A DNA stretch of 64,000 nucleotides from Candidatus Acidiferrales bacterium (GTDB lineage Bacteria; Acidobacteriota; Terriglobia; Acidiferrales; UBA7541), in the NCBI GenBank assembly GCA_963779395.1, contig CAVZYC010000002.1, positions 331,651-395,650 on the forward strand. The letters are read 5' to 3'. The position numbers and the translations under genes are program-made. The notes under the pieces are model-generated. The model was given only the letters and a program-made list of their open reading frames with translations, was not told the origin of the DNA and ran no database searches. Within the stretch, counting starts at the first letter, position 1; each line of letters begins with the position of its first letter. Positions 32,361 to 42,778 of this stretch are shown here, in pieces.

Positions 32361-32426
32361 ATTCCGGTTCCTTGTTACAACTCCACTCTCGCAGTAAACT
32401 TCTGTGGAAAAGGGAACGCGCGCGCA

Positions 32427-33566
32427 TTGCCGCCGCATCGATTCGTGAATCCACACAAACTTGCTCTTCCCGACATAGCCTGCGCCACCGCTGATTTCGA
32501 GAAATGGGCCTCGCGCCACGTCAAGCTCATCCGCTCTGACGTTGCTTTCAAACACCTCAACATGGCCCTCGCCGCTTTTCCTTTTCTCCGCGCCACTTTC
32601 TACCGCTGGGCGCAATTATGGCCACTGGTCTGCCCCCAACTTTCCCGCGCTCCTCAAGTCCTCGCTGTCGGCGATCTCCACGTCGAAAACTTCGGCACTT
32701 GGCGCGATCTCGAGGGCCGCCTCATCTGGGGCGTCAACGACTTCGACGAAGCTTGGCCCGCCGCCTACACCGTGGACCTGGTCCGCCTCCTTGCCAGCGC
32801 CTATTTGGCCATCGAGGAGCAGCATCTTTCCCTCTCCCGCAAGCAAGCCGCCCGCGCCATCGAGCAAGGCTATCGCGATTCCCTGGCCAAAGGTGGCAGC
32901 CCTTTCGTTCTCGCCGAACATCACCGCTGGCTGCGATTGTTGGCGTTGAACAAGCTTCGCGATCCCGTCCGGTTTTGGGAAAAAATGCGCTCCTATCCGC
33001 GCTTCAAGGGCACACTGCCGGTTGCTGTCGCGAAACTTCTCCGCTCCACCCTGCCCTTCCGTGATGAGCATTACCAATTGAAGTCGCGCATCGCCGGCCT
33101 CGGCAGCCTGGGCCATCCACGCATCGTCGCCCTGGCCACCTGGCACGGTGCGCATGTCGCACGCGAGGCCAAGCAGCTTACCCCTTCCGCTTGGATCTGG
33201 GCTCGGCATTTGAATACAACGCAAATTCTTTCGCGCAAGCTCGTGGATTCCGCCGTGCGCATCCGCGATCCCCACGTCCACTTCACGCAGCACTGGATTG
33301 TCCGCCGGCTCGCCCCCGATTGCTGCCACATCGAAATCAGCACCCTGCCCACCGAGCGTGATGAGGAAAAACTCCTGTATTGCATGGGCTGGGAAACTGC
33401 CAACATTCACCTCGGCTCGCCAAAGTCCATCCCCGGCGTCAAGCGCGACCTTGCCGCGCGCAAGGATCGCTGGCTGCATAGAGCCGCCAAGGCCATGCTC
33501 AAAGCCACGCTGGCCGATTGGAAGATCTGGCGCCGCAAGTGGGTGCGCCACGCCCCAGGTGCCTGA
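32427..33566 (+). CDS. DUF2252 family protein (kinase-like fold)
   Basis: FLRATFY, GDLHVENFG, NDFDEA, GLGSLG. The start may be GTG 32445. Confidence 0.88.
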   Translation: MPPHRFVNPHKLALPDIACATADFEKWASRHVKLIRSDVAFKHLNMALAAFPFLRATFYRWAQLWPLVCPQLSRAPQVLAVGDLHVENFGTWRDLEGRLIWGVNDFDEAWPAAYTVDLVRLLASAYLAIEEQHLSLSRKQAARAIEQGYRDSLAKGGSPFVLAEHHRWLRLLALNKLRDPVRFWEKMRSYPRFKGTLPVAVAKLLRSTLPFRDEHYQLKSRIAGLGSLGHPRIVALATWHGAHVAREAKQLTPSAWIWARHLNTTQILSRKLVDSAVRIRDPHVHFTQHWIVRRLAPDCCHIEISTLPTERDEEKLLYCMGWETANIHLGSPKSIPGVKRDLAARKDRWLHRAAKAMLKATLADWKIWRRKWVRHAPGA

Positions 33567-33878
33567 CCCGCCCTTCGCCCATTCGACGGGGTTCTAATTT
33601 CGTAGAACTTTCAGTCCTTGCACCACGACTGTCCCACGGGTCAGTAGATTCCGCCTTCATTCCACCGTAGCGTAGCGAAGGACCGGTGAATGCTAACTCC
33701 AGAGGCAATCTCGCGTTTTTTCTTTTGCTCGGCGGCTGGTGCTGTTCTTTTTCTCAATCTCGATGCTCGCTGCGGCGTTTGCTCGCAGTGTAATCGCGAT
33801 CGCATGCCGCGCCTGCCCCGCTGCAACTCTGGACTGGCAACTTCCCGGGCGTTCCTCGAAGCCTGACGAGGTGGCACC

Positions 33879-34340
33879 ATGATGGATACCGAAGCCTTTC
33901 GCGAGTTCAAGACGGGTCTCACTCTTCTTCGTGACAATTATTCCTCCAAGGCCCTGGAACACATCCAGCGCGCCGCGGAACTTGAGAAAAACAATCCTTA
34001 CTACATGTCCTATCTCGGAGTAGCCCTGGCACGCACAGAGCGCCGCTGGGCCGATGCCGAGCGCATGTGCGATACCGCCGTGCGCATGAAGCGCAACCAG
34101 GCGCAGCTGTACCTCAATCTTGCCGAAGTTTATATTGCCGCCGGGCGCAGAGAAGACGCGCGCGAAGCCCTTCTCTCTGGCATGAAATTTGCCCGCCGCG
34201 ATATTCGCTTGAACATCGCCATGGCCAAGCTTACGCCTCGCCGCTCCCCGGTTTTTACGTTCCTCGAGCGCAAGCATCCCCTGAACCGCCACTTCGGAAT
34301 GCTGCGCCACAAGACCCTTGAAGCCATGGGCCGCGACTAA
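33879..34340 (+). CDS. Small TPR protein
   Basis: YYMSYLGVALA and LYLNLAEVY TPR-like helices. Confidence 0.8.
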   Translation: MMDTEAFREFKTGLTLLRDNYSSKALEHIQRAAELEKNNPYYMSYLGVALARTERRWADAERMCDTAVRMKRNQAQLYLNLAEVYIAAGRREDAREALLSGMKFARRDIRLNIAMAKLTPRRSPVFTFLERKHPLNRHFGMLRHKTLEAMGRD

Positions 34341-34418
34341 CCATCGCGCAAAACGATCTTCCCTAACCCCCAAACGCAGGAAGGGCGGGTGGTCCAAAGC
34401 CATCCGCCTTTCTTGTTT
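34248..34418 (+). repeat. Direct repeat copy 1 (TPR gene 3' end plus tail)
   Basis: CCGGTTTTTACGTTCCTCGAGCGCAAGCATCC ... CGCAAAACGAT ... AAACGCAGGAAGGGC.GGTGG.CCAAAGCCATCCGCC; diverged copy at 37197. Confidence 0.85.
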
Positions 34419-34686
34419 TTACGGCCAAAATAAACAGCCTGGAATTCTCGTCCCACTGAAAACAGCAGCAACGTGCTTGCAAACATAAATTTGTACCGCC
34501 GTGTGCGTGAAAAGTCCTCCACATTGACGCCAACAGCGATTGTGGGAGACAATGGCCGCCATTTCTTGGGGGCAAAAAGGATCTTCCGGCTCAATATCTC
34601 GCCCTACCAAGATCATCATTTGTTTGGGCGAAGCCGTCCAGCGGAACCGGCTGTGCTCTTAATCCGCAATAAGTAAAGGAGTGCAA

Positions 34687-35112
34687 ATGAACTATCCACG
34701 TCTCCTGCTCGCGGCCCTCGGTGGCCTGGTCGCGTCTTTTGCCTTTGGTTTCTTACTGTTTTGGCTAGTCCCCGCTCTTATCGATGAAAGCCACAAGTAC
34801 CCCGCGGTATTCCGGCCCAAGGAAGAAATGAACAAGGTTATGCCCGTTGGAATCGTCGCAAGTTTCCTCGCCATCCTGGTTGCCGCCGTAATCTTCGCAA
34901 TGATGCATCCGGTCGGCTCGGGCATTATGGAAGGTGCGCGCTTCGGCGTTCTGATTGGCATTTTCGTGGTTTGCGCATTTGTGCTGCACAACTACGTGAA
35001 CCTCAACATCGGGCTGAAGCTCACTCTGATGCAGTCTGTGGCTTACTTCTTCCAGTGGACGATCGTTGGAATCGTCATCGGCCTTATTTACAAACCCCTC
35101 GCGACACCATAA
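34687..35112 (+). CDS. Four-TM membrane protein (DUF1761-like)
   Basis: Four hydrophobic helices, G.RFG..IG motif, AAGGAG ribosome-binding site. Confidence 0.7.
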   Translation: MNYPRLLLAALGGLVASFAFGFLLFWLVPALIDESHKYPAVFRPKEEMNKVMPVGIVASFLAILVAAVIFAMMHPVGSGIMEGARFGVLIGIFVVCAFVLHNYVNLNIGLKLTLMQSVAYFFQWTIVGIVIGLIYKPLATP

Positions 35113-35345
35113 TCGTGAATCTAGCTCTTGCTGTTTTGCGTCTGCAGCCCTGATTGTGTTTTTCATCCCTTGAATCGAATCCGCAACCTCCCACAGGCGA
35201 TTGCAGCAACCCGCGCTGAAACGGCATAACTCAAGTCATGCCGCGCGATGCCTCAACCAAATCACATAAAAACGCATTGATTTAATGCATCGATACGGGT
35301 TAAAGTGTCGCCCGACTTTGCCGTCTATTTCTAATTGATTGGGGG

Positions 35346-37160
35346 ATGACTCCTTTGCGCTTTTCTCGCTCGCAGTTCCTTTTCCTGGGAACGTTTCTAC
35401 TTTTTTGTCTAATGCTGGCGGCGTTCCCTGCGTGCGCGCAATCGCCAGCGAGCCTCTCCGGCATGGTCACAGACCAAACCGGCGCAGCCCTTCCCGATGT
35501 CGCCGTGACCATCAAGAACCTCGACACAGGCGCAACGCACACGTTCGCAACCGACGGCGCAGGACACTTTCAGGCCCCCGGCCTCGCTGCCGGCCGCTTC
35601 GAGATTCGCGCCACCAAAAAAGGCTTAGCCGATGAAACGCGCGCGGGAATCACCCTCGCGGCTGGCCAGGACGCCACGGTCGATATCAAGATGCAGCGCA
35701 GCACCCCCGACGCCTGCACCAGTGGCCACGAGTTCGCCACCACCGATTGCGCTCTGAGCTGGCACGGCATCACGCTCTACGGTGCCTATGACGTCGGCGT
35801 CGGCTGGGTCAGCCACGGCTTACCGGAAAATGGCTACAACTATGAAGGCGCCTCCCTGATAAACCGCAACGGTTATGAACATCGCTTCCTCGTTGCGCCC
35901 AACAACCTCCAGCAAACGGGTCTCGGCATCCGGGCCAAGGAAGAGTTTCTACCGGGCTGGTCCGTTGTGTTCAACGCTTCCACGGGCATCAATCCACAGT
36001 CCGGCCTGCTGGCCAACGCCTCGGCCACCCAGATCATCAACAACGGCCTTCCCAGGGCCAGCTATTCCTACGCCATCGACGGCGCGCGCGCCGGCCAGCC
36101 CTTCAATGACGAAATCTATGGCGGGATCTCCTCCGCCCAGTTCGGCACGTTGACCTTCGGCCGTCAGCGCTCGCTCGGCACCGATGCCATGCTCCTTTAC
36201 GATCCGGCCGGCGGCAGCTACGCCTTTTCCTACATCGGCTATAACGGCACGATGGCAGGCGGCGGCGACACCGAGGACTCCCGCTGGGACGACGCCCTCA
36301 AGTACCGCCTCACCTACGGCCCCGTCCATTTCGGCGCCATGTATAAATTCGCCGATGGTTCTGGCGGCTGCTACTTGCCTTCGCCCTTGCCCCCCACAGG
36401 CTGGTCTGCCGCCAACTGCACCCCGGAATCGGCCCATAACAACGCCTATGGATTCAATCTTGGCGGCGTCTCCGGCAAGTTTTCCGCCGATGCCGTCTTC
36501 CAGCATTACAACCAGGCCATCAGCGTATTGAATCCCTTGCTCGGGCCTCAGAGCCTGACTCAGCCGTACCAGTCGACCATCAATAGCATCAATACGATCC
36601 AAATCGCCGGCCCCAATCTCATCGACACCACCAACACCGTCTATGGCATCGTGACCGACAATAACGGCATTATCTTCGCTGCCAAATATGCCTGGGATCC
36701 CTTCAAGTTTTTTGCCGGCTACGAATACATTTGGCAGAACAACCCGAAAAACCCGTTGGGCGTTGGCGCCTCGGACCAGGGCGGCTATATCATGAGCGGC
36801 GTCGAGGACAACAATCTCGATTCTGAAAAGTTGGTCAACATCTGGTGGTCCGGCGTGAAGTACACCTACCGCAGCAAAACCGACTTCACTTTCGCCTGGT
36901 ATGAACAGCGCCAGAACGACTTCCGTCAACCGCCGGCCTGCTCATCCACCGCCGGTTTCCGCGCTTCCTGCGCCGGCACTCTCAACGAAGTCTCTCTCTA
37001 TGCCGATCATCATTTCACCAAGCGTTTCGACGGTTTTGTCGGCTTCGCGTATTCCTACGTCAGCGGCGGCTTGGCAATCGCCATTCCCCATGGCCCCGGC
37101 GTCCCCTACAACAACACCAACAACTTTGCTCCCACAATCGGCGGCCGTTTCGCCTTCTGA
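35346..37160 (+). CDS. Gram-negative trimeric-type porin with N-terminal carboxypeptidase-regulatory-like domain
   Basis: Signal peptide; LSGMVTDQTGAALPDVAVTIKN (CarboxypepD_reg); ITLYGAYDVG, GTLTFGRQ and RWDDALKY porin motifs; terminal Phe. Confidence 0.85.
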   Translation: MTPLRFSRSQFLFLGTFLLFCLMLAAFPACAQSPASLSGMVTDQTGAALPDVAVTIKNLDTGATHTFATDGAGHFQAPGLAAGRFEIRATKKGLADETRAGITLAAGQDATVDIKMQRSTPDACTSGHEFATTDCALSWHGITLYGAYDVGVGWVSHGLPENGYNYEGASLINRNGYEHRFLVAPNNLQQTGLGIRAKEEFLPGWSVVFNASTGINPQSGLLANASATQIINNGLPRASYSYAIDGARAGQPFNDEIYGGISSAQFGTLTFGRQRSLGTDAMLLYDPAGGSYAFSYIGYNGTMAGGGDTEDSRWDDALKYRLTYGPVHFGAMYKFADGSGGCYLPSPLPPTGWSAANCTPESAHNNAYGFNLGGVSGKFSADAVFQHYNQAISVLNPLLGPQSLTQPYQSTINSINTIQIAGPNLIDTTNTVYGIVTDNNGIIFAAKYAWDPFKFFAGYEYIWQNNPKNPLGVGASDQGGYIMSGVEDNNLDSEKLVNIWWSGVKYTYRSKTDFTFAWYEQRQNDFRQPPACSSTAGFRASCAGTLNEVSLYADHHFTKRFDGFVGFAYSYVSGGLAIAIPHGPGVPYNNTNNFAPTIGGRFAF

Positions 37161-37196
37161 TCGTTTCCGCGGGCGGGCTTAGTCGATGCCTGCTCG

Positions 37197-37324
37197 CCGG
37201 TTTTTTCGTTCCTCGAGCGCAAACATCCAGCGTGGGCCGCCCCCGCGCGTCCCGCAAAACGATTCTCCCTAATATCAAAACGCAGGAAGGGCAGGTGGCC
37301 CAAAGCCATCCGCCCTTCTTGTTT
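37197..37324 (+). repeat. Direct repeat copy 2 (decayed TPR 3' end plus tail)
   Basis: Diverged copy of 34248-34418 with an internal deletion of about 40 bp. Confidence 0.85.
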
Positions 37325-37408
37325 CCCACCCCTGATTTCTTTCGAGTCTTTCGCCCTTCCCCGTGGAATTTCCGGGAATGGCTTCCTGAATCGTTCCGCT
37401 CGCCAGCT

Positions 37409-37822
37409 TTACTTCGGCTGGTGCGCGCGGCCGAAACTGTAGCCGCCTTGCATCCCCATTTCCATCAAAATCTTGAATCCGATCCCGAAAAGCCCGTTGG
37501 GCATCATGTCGCGCCGCACCACTTCCGCAAGGTATTCGTGGCTCATCGCGCTGGGATCCTTCGTGTACGGCATCGTCACAAACAGCCGCATCCCCACTTC
37601 GTATTTCTCTTCGCTGGAATGGAAAAATACACCGCCGCGCGATACGCTCATCGACCCCCGAATATCATCAAACGGATCCTTCTCCGGGTCCGACGGACGG
37701 ATGTGCATCAATTGCGTGATCTTGCAGCGGCGGCTGCCTCGCCGTTCCGCCTGCGTTGGACGCGGGAGCGTCCCGCCATTGTTCGAACCTGTTTTCATCA
37801 TCAACTCGACCGAGGACCCCAT
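37409..37822 (-). CDS. Single-domain PilZ protein
   Basis: ERRGSRR (RxxxR) and SVSRGG (D/NxSxxG-like) motifs. Confidence 0.8.
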   Translation of the reverse strand: MGSSVELMMKTGSNNGGTLPRPTQAERRGSRRCKITQLMHIRPSDPEKDPFDDIRGSMSVSRGGVFFHSSEEKYEVGMRLFVTMPYTKDPSAMSHEYLAEVVRRDMMPNGLFGIGFKILMEMGMQGGYSFGRAHQPK

Positions 37823-38061
37823 GTATTTCCACCTCTCCTTGTACGCTTCTGATATGGCAAGAGGTTAAAGCCCCTTCAGACCAAAACCTATAGCGAATCC
37901 GTACTCGGAAAAAGGTAGTCCACAGGGCGTCTATGGTAGTACGAAAGTACCTCTGCGGCAATCCTCGCTTCTCTTTACCTTCGCCTCCCTTCCCCCGCGT
38001 GACATCCCCCCTGCATTTGTGACATTCTCTACCTGAATTTTTCATCCTGACGAAGGAACCC

Positions 38062-39021
38062 ATGCTCAAGCGATTTAAGGATTTGTCCGAGAAAGAAATT
38101 CTCGCTCTGGCCGTTACCAGCGAAGAAGAAGACGGCCGCATCTATGGCGCGTTTGCCGATGCCCTGCGCGAATCTTATCCCGCCACCGCGGAAATGTTTG
38201 AGGAGATGCGCACCGAAGAATCCGGCCACCGCGATCGCCTCCTCTCCCTGTTCAAACAGCGCTTCGGCGATCACATGCCCCCGATTCGCCGTGAAGACGT
38301 TCGCGGCTTCCTCCAGCGCCGCCCCATCTGGATGATGCGCCCCCTCGGCGTGAAAGTTGCGCGCCGCCAAGCCGAAGTGATGGAGATGGAAGCCAGCCGA
38401 TTCTATTCTCGCGCCGCCGGTTTGACCACCGACGTCCCCACGCGCGAACTGCTGAACATGCTCGCCGATGAAGAGCGCAAGCACCAGCGTGCCGCCGGCG
38501 AGTACGAAGAAAAGCACCTGACAGAAACCGCCAGATCTCAGGAAGAGGAATCGCATCATCGCCTGTTCGTTTTGCAATTTGTGCAGCCCGGTCTCGCCGG
38601 ACTGATGGATGGCTCGGTCTCCACCTTGGCGCCCCTATTCGCCGCCGCTTTTGCCACCCACAAAAGCTGGGACGCCTTTCTGGTCGGTATGGCCGCTAGC
38701 CTCGGCGCCGGTATTTCCATGGGCTTCGCCGAATCGCTCTCCGACGATGGCTCCCTCACTGGCCGTGGCTCCCCCTGGATTCGTGGCACGGTAACCGGCC
38801 TGATGACCACCGCGGGCGGCCTCGGCCACACGCTTCCCTTCCTCATTCCCGATTTTCGCCTGGCCATCGGAGTAGCGGTGATCATTGTTGCCATCGAACT
38901 TGGCGTCATCAGCTACATCCGCCATCGCTACATGGACACTCCCTTCCTGCAAGCAGCCTTTCAGGTGATTGTCGGCGGCGTCCTCGTCTTCCTCACCGGT
39001 TGGTTGATTGGCAGTTCCTAA
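38062..39021 (+). CDS. mbfA: Iron exporter MbfA (rubrerythrin/ferritin-like domain plus VIT1/CCC1)
   Basis: [18 protein letters not shown] di-iron motifs, [17 protein letters not shown]. Confidence 0.93.
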   Translation: MLKRFKDLSEKEILALAVTSEEEDGRIYGAFADALRESYPATAEMFEEMRTEESGHRDRLLSLFKQRFGDHMPPIRREDVRGFLQRRPIWMMRPLGVKVARRQAEVMEMEASRFYSRAAGLTTDVPTRELLNMLADEERKHQRAAGEYEEKHLTETARSQEEESHHRLFVLQFVQPGLAGLMDGSVSTLAPLFAAAFATHKSWDAFLVGMAASLGAGISMGFAESLSDDGSLTGRGSPWIRGTVTGLMTTAGGLGHTLPFLIPDFRLAIGVAVIIVAIELGVISYIRHRYMDTPFLQAAFQVIVGGVLVFLTGWLIGSS

Positions 39022-39061
39022 CCCCAGCCTCGCAAATGCGATTGCCGATACAGGAGCTCAG

Positions 39062-39586
39062 ATGCCCACGCGGATATTGAGATTTTTTACGTGCTCTCTG
39101 ATGCTGGGCTTTCTGCTTTTTCTTTCTGGCTTCGCAACTCATGCCAGTCCCACAACGCCCAAACAAGCCGATCGCATCGTCATCGAAAAAAGCAAACACA
39201 CGCTTACGCTCATGAGCGGCAGCACCGTGCTGAAAACGTACAAAGTCGCGCTAGGCGGCCAGCCCGTTGGCCCCAAGCAGCGCCAGGGCGACCACAAAAC
39301 TCCCGAAGGGCTCTACGTCGTCGACCGCAAAAATCCCGCAAGCATCTTTCATCGCGCTCTCCATCTTTCCTATCCCAACGAACGAGACCGGCAAAACGCA
39401 CGCCAACTCGGCGTCAGCCCCGGCGGCGATGTTGAAATTCACGGCTTGGGCGCAAAATACGGCTGGGTCGGCGCCGCGCATCGCCAAATGGATTGGACCG
39501 ATGGCTGCATCGCCGTTACCAACGAAGAGATCGACGAAATCTGGCCCCTGGTCCCCGTCGGCACAACAGTAGAAATCAAACCGTGA
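39062..39586 (+). CDS. L,D-transpeptidase/carboxypeptidase (YkuD family)
   Basis: GDHKTPEG, LHLSYPN, IHG...WTDGCIAV catalytic His/Cys. Confidence 0.9.
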   Translation: MPTRILRFFTCSLMLGFLLFLSGFATHASPTTPKQADRIVIEKSKHTLTLMSGSTVLKTYKVALGGQPVGPKQRQGDHKTPEGLYVVDRKNPASIFHRALHLSYPNERDRQNARQLGVSPGGDVEIHGLGAKYGWVGAAHRQMDWTDGCIAVTNEEIDEIWPLVPVGTTVEIKP

Positions 39587-39766
39587 AAATACGGTTACAC
39601 ATCCTGTGCTGCGCTGAGTCAGCTGAGAGGATTCGCAAGTCGCATACCTGTAGTGGGGAATTTGTAATTCGCCGGTGCGCATTCCCCTCAGCCGTCGTAC
39701 ACTAGCGGACGAAATACTTTGGGCCTCGATTCTTAAGCAAGCACATCGCTTTCAAGGGGAAACGAA

Positions 39767-40339
39767 ATGTTGAAGGGAGTTATTCTGGGCATCGTGTTGG
39801 GCATTGTGCTGGTCTTCGTCGGCATTTATTTCTATTTTTCCTCCGGCTACGTGCCGGTGGCAACGAACGCGCCCGAGATGCCGCTGGAAAGAAAATTCGC
39901 GGCCACCGCGCTCCATGCCTATCTTGATAAGCAACCGCATCCCAATCCGCAAGTACCGGTGGACGAGCCGAATCTTCTGGCTGGCGCAAAAGTTTATAAA
40001 GACCAGTGCGCCGTCTGCCACGGCCTTCCCGGCGAACCGAAAACCATGATTGCCGACGGCATGTTTCCCCATCCCCCTCAGCTATTCCGCGGCGTTGGTG
40101 TCACCGACGATGAGCCGTGGGAGACTTACGTCAAAGTGGAAAGCGGCATTCGCATGACCGGAATGCCAGGGTTCAAGGAACATCTCAGCGATCGCCAGAT
40201 GTGGCAGGTCAGCGTGCTCCTCAAGCAAGCCGACGGCTTGCCCCCCTCCGTAAAAGATTTCCTGACCGGAGACACGCTTCCACCGGTAGCCGCCACTCCA
40301 GCCAGTCCAACTCCAACCGCGCCAGCTCCAAAAAAATAG
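39767..40339 (+). CDS. Membrane-anchored monoheme cytochrome c
   Basis: N-terminal TM, CAVCH heme motif, GIRMTGMPGF. Confidence 0.9.
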   Translation: MLKGVILGIVLGIVLVFVGIYFYFSSGYVPVATNAPEMPLERKFAATALHAYLDKQPHPNPQVPVDEPNLLAGAKVYKDQCAVCHGLPGEPKTMIADGMFPHPPQLFRGVGVTDDEPWETYVKVESGIRMTGMPGFKEHLSDRQMWQVSVLLKQADGLPPSVKDFLTGDTLPPVAATPASPTPTAPAPKK

Positions 40340-40350
40340 CGCAGTTAAAC

Positions 40351-40378
40351 TTGGAGTGCGGCGGCTCGCCGCCGCTTT
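40351..40378. repeat. REP-like palindrome, family 1, copy 3
   Basis: Identical to 18023-18050; lies 11 bp after the cytochrome c stop. Confidence 0.9.
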
Positions 40379-40421
40379 TGCAACGTAATCCACTCCACAA
40401 TCCATCGCGTCTACGGTGCCT

Positions 40422-41684
40422 TCACCCGCGCTCACGCACCAACCGGTCCGCGCGCCGCAATTCCGGAAACAGCCAGACCCAAAACGCCGTAACCACAATC
40501 GTCCCGATTCCTCCCAGCACAACCGCCGTCACTGCCCCCAGCCATTGCGCCGCCAACCCCGATTCAAATTCCCCCAATTCATTCGACGCGCCGATGAAGA
40601 TCATGTCCACCGCATTCACGCGCCCCCGCATCTCGTCCGGCGTCTCAATCTGAATCAGCACACCGCGCACCACCACGCTCACCATATCCGCGGCCCCCAC
40701 AAAAAAAAGCGAAATCAGCGAAAGCGGCAAGCTGCGCGAAAATCCGAACACCACCGTGAAAATCCCAAATCCCGCCACGCACCACAGCATCGTTGCTCCT
40801 GCGCGCTTGCGAATCGGTTGGTACGCCAGCAGCAACGCCATCACCGCCGCGCCAATTCCCGGCGCGCTGCGCAACAGCCCAAGCCCCCAAGGTCCCGTGC
40901 GCAGAATTTCCTTCGCATAAACAGGCAGCAGCGCCACCGCCCCACCAAGCAGCACCGCAAAAAGATCCAGCGAAATCGACCCAAGGATCAGCTTGTGCGT
41001 CCAGATGTAATCAAAACCCGCGAAAACAGTTTTCACGCTGAAGGGCTCGCGCGGCCGCGGCTTGCTTTGCGTCTGTATGTGCAGGGTAGTCAAGATGGCG
41101 ATAACCCCCGCGGATAGCGCGGTAGCGTAGACAGCCGCAGGCCCGCGAAACAACGCATAGAGAAGTCCGCCCAGTGCCGGCCCCAGGATTGTCGCGCATT
41201 GGAAAATGCTGGAGTTCCACGCCACCGCGTTCTGGAATTGTTCTTCCGGGACAAGTTGCGGCAACAGCGCCCGGCTGGCAGGCATGCTGAAGCTGCGCAC
41301 GGTACCCACTAAAAAAAGAATCGCGAAAATGGGAGCGACCGTCCCACTTCGATGCAGCGTCTCCACGCGCAGCGTGACCACTAGCAATAACAACGAGGAA
41401 AGCGCGTAACCTACGTAGCACAACGTGAGCAATTTGCGGCGATCAACGCGGTCCGTAACATGCCCCGCCAGCAGAAACAGAAACACCGGCGGCAAGAACT
41501 GCACCAGACCAGTGAGCCCCAGGTCGAGGGGACGCCGCGTGATTTCATAAACCTGCCAGCCCACGGCGACAGACTGCATCTCCGTGCAAAAAACAATGCA
41601 GAATCGCGCAATCTGGTACAACCGAAATCCGGAAAAACGAAAAGCTGCAGTGCCTCGTGTAGTGGACTGATCGCGGAGCGCCAT
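40422..41684 (-). CDS. MFS transporter (EntS/MFS_3-like)
   Basis: About 12 TM helices; GHVTDRVDRR and TPDEMRGRV motifs. Confidence 0.9.
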   Translation of the reverse strand: MALRDQSTTRGTAAFRFSGFRLYQIARFCIVFCTEMQSVAVGWQVYEITRRPLDLGLTGLVQFLPPVFLFLLAGHVTDRVDRRKLLTLCYVGYALSSLLLLVVTLRVETLHRSGTVAPIFAILFLVGTVRSFSMPASRALLPQLVPEEQFQNAVAWNSSIFQCATILGPALGGLLYALFRGPAAVYATALSAGVIAILTTLHIQTQSKPRPREPFSVKTVFAGFDYIWTHKLILGSISLDLFAVLLGGAVALLPVYAKEILRTGPWGLGLLRSAPGIGAAVMALLLAYQPIRKRAGATMLWCVAGFGIFTVVFGFSRSLPLSLISLFFVGAADMVSVVVRGVLIQIETPDEMRGRVNAVDMIFIGASNELGEFESGLAAQWLGAVTAVVLGGIGTIVVTAFWVWLFPELRRADRLVRERG

Positions 41685-41797
41685 TCCCTAATAGTCTGCC
41701 ACAGCCGGCGTCATCGCCGCACTAAGCGGCTACTTTACGGCGAGGCTCTCTCGCAGAGACGGCAGGCGGCCCCGTCGATAAATCGGAATTAACCTCG

Positions 41798-42185
41798 GGG
41801 TGCCCCACACGTCGGTTTTACGTGTGGGGGTTTTGACTTTATCTTGCCTGTCCTCATCGTTAATCCACTTATCTATAGAAAGAAAAGCTGCCCCAAGGCC
41901 AGTCTTTTAGATGTTCAGCGTTCCTACATCCATCACTTAGCCCCCAGGCTCTCCCGCAGAAACGCCACCACCCGCGTCACGGAATCATTCGCCGCTTTCT
42001 CGTCCCACGCCATATACCCTCTCCCATCCTTAGCGGCAGGATCGGGATAGCTCACCGACGGCGCATTCCGATTGAATCCATGCGTCGCGCCAGCGTATTC
42101 CACGGTCGTCACTTCAAAATTGTATTTCTTGGCAAGCGTCTTCTTCAGCTCAGGAGCAGCTTTCCCGTCGCCGTAAACATCTTCC
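41798..42185. repeat. Direct repeat copy 1 (REP-like palindrome plus hydrolase 3' end)
   Basis: GGGTGCCCCACACGTCGGTTTTACGTGTGGGG followed by the hydrolase 3' region; diverged copy at 43007-43431. Confidence 0.88.
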
Positions 42186-42778
42186 GTCCCGTAAAAAATA
42201 ATCATGGGAGTTCCCGTCAGCCTGCTGCCGCTCTCTTCCAACTTCTTCTCAAAAGGTTTGCAAACCGGATAAAACGCCGCCTGCGCCGCGAATCCCTTCT
42301 CGTCGCCCATCCAGTCCTTGCGATGCGATTCCATCGCGGTGCGCAGCGTGACTCCCCCTCCCATGGAAAATCCCATGATGGCGATCCGCGCGGGATCAAT
42401 CGCCGGCGATTTGCGCAGTTCCTTCAAAGCCGCAAAAGCCATCGGCAAAAAGTTTTCGATCTGCGGCCGGTTCATCGCGGAGGCAAACACTCCGGTCTTG
42501 AAATCCACTTCAAAGGTGGCAATTCCCGCATTCAACAGCGGCCCCCGGTAAAACTCGTCGCGCATGTCAACCCCCGCGGTTCCATGAACGATCACCACCG
42601 CCGGGCAAGGCGCGGCGCTGTTTTCCGGCAAATAAAGTGTCCCCGACAAATTGAACGGCTGGCTTTTATCGAGCGAAGAAAAATGAATCGTGGTTCCAGT
42701 GGGGGACGCTCCAACCGGCAAAACAAAAATACTCAGAAGAACAACCGTAAGCAGCCCGATGCATCTCCAATAGCTCAT
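41933..42778 (-). CDS. Dienelactone hydrolase family alpha/beta hydrolase, exported
   Basis: Signal peptide from ATG 42778; GFSMGG nucleophile elbow; ATHGF catalytic His. Confidence 0.88.
   Translation of the reverse strand: MSYWRCIGLLTVVLLSIFVLPVGASPTGTTIHFSSLDKSQPFNLSGTLYLPENSAAPCPAVVIVHGTAGVDMRDEFYRGPLLNAGIATFEVDFKTGVFASAMNRPQIENFLPMAFAALKELRKSPAIDPARIAIMGFSMGGGVTLRTAMESHRKDWMGDEKGFAAQAAFYPVCKPFEKKLEESGSRLTGTPMIIFYGTEDVYGDGKAAPELKKTLAKKYNFEVTTVEYAGATHGFNRNAPSVSYPDPAAKDGRGYMAWDEKAANDSVTRVVAFLRESLGAK

Noticed and set aside
35270-35300. FNR/CRP site upstream of the porin
   Set aside because: Only the TTGAT half-site matches.
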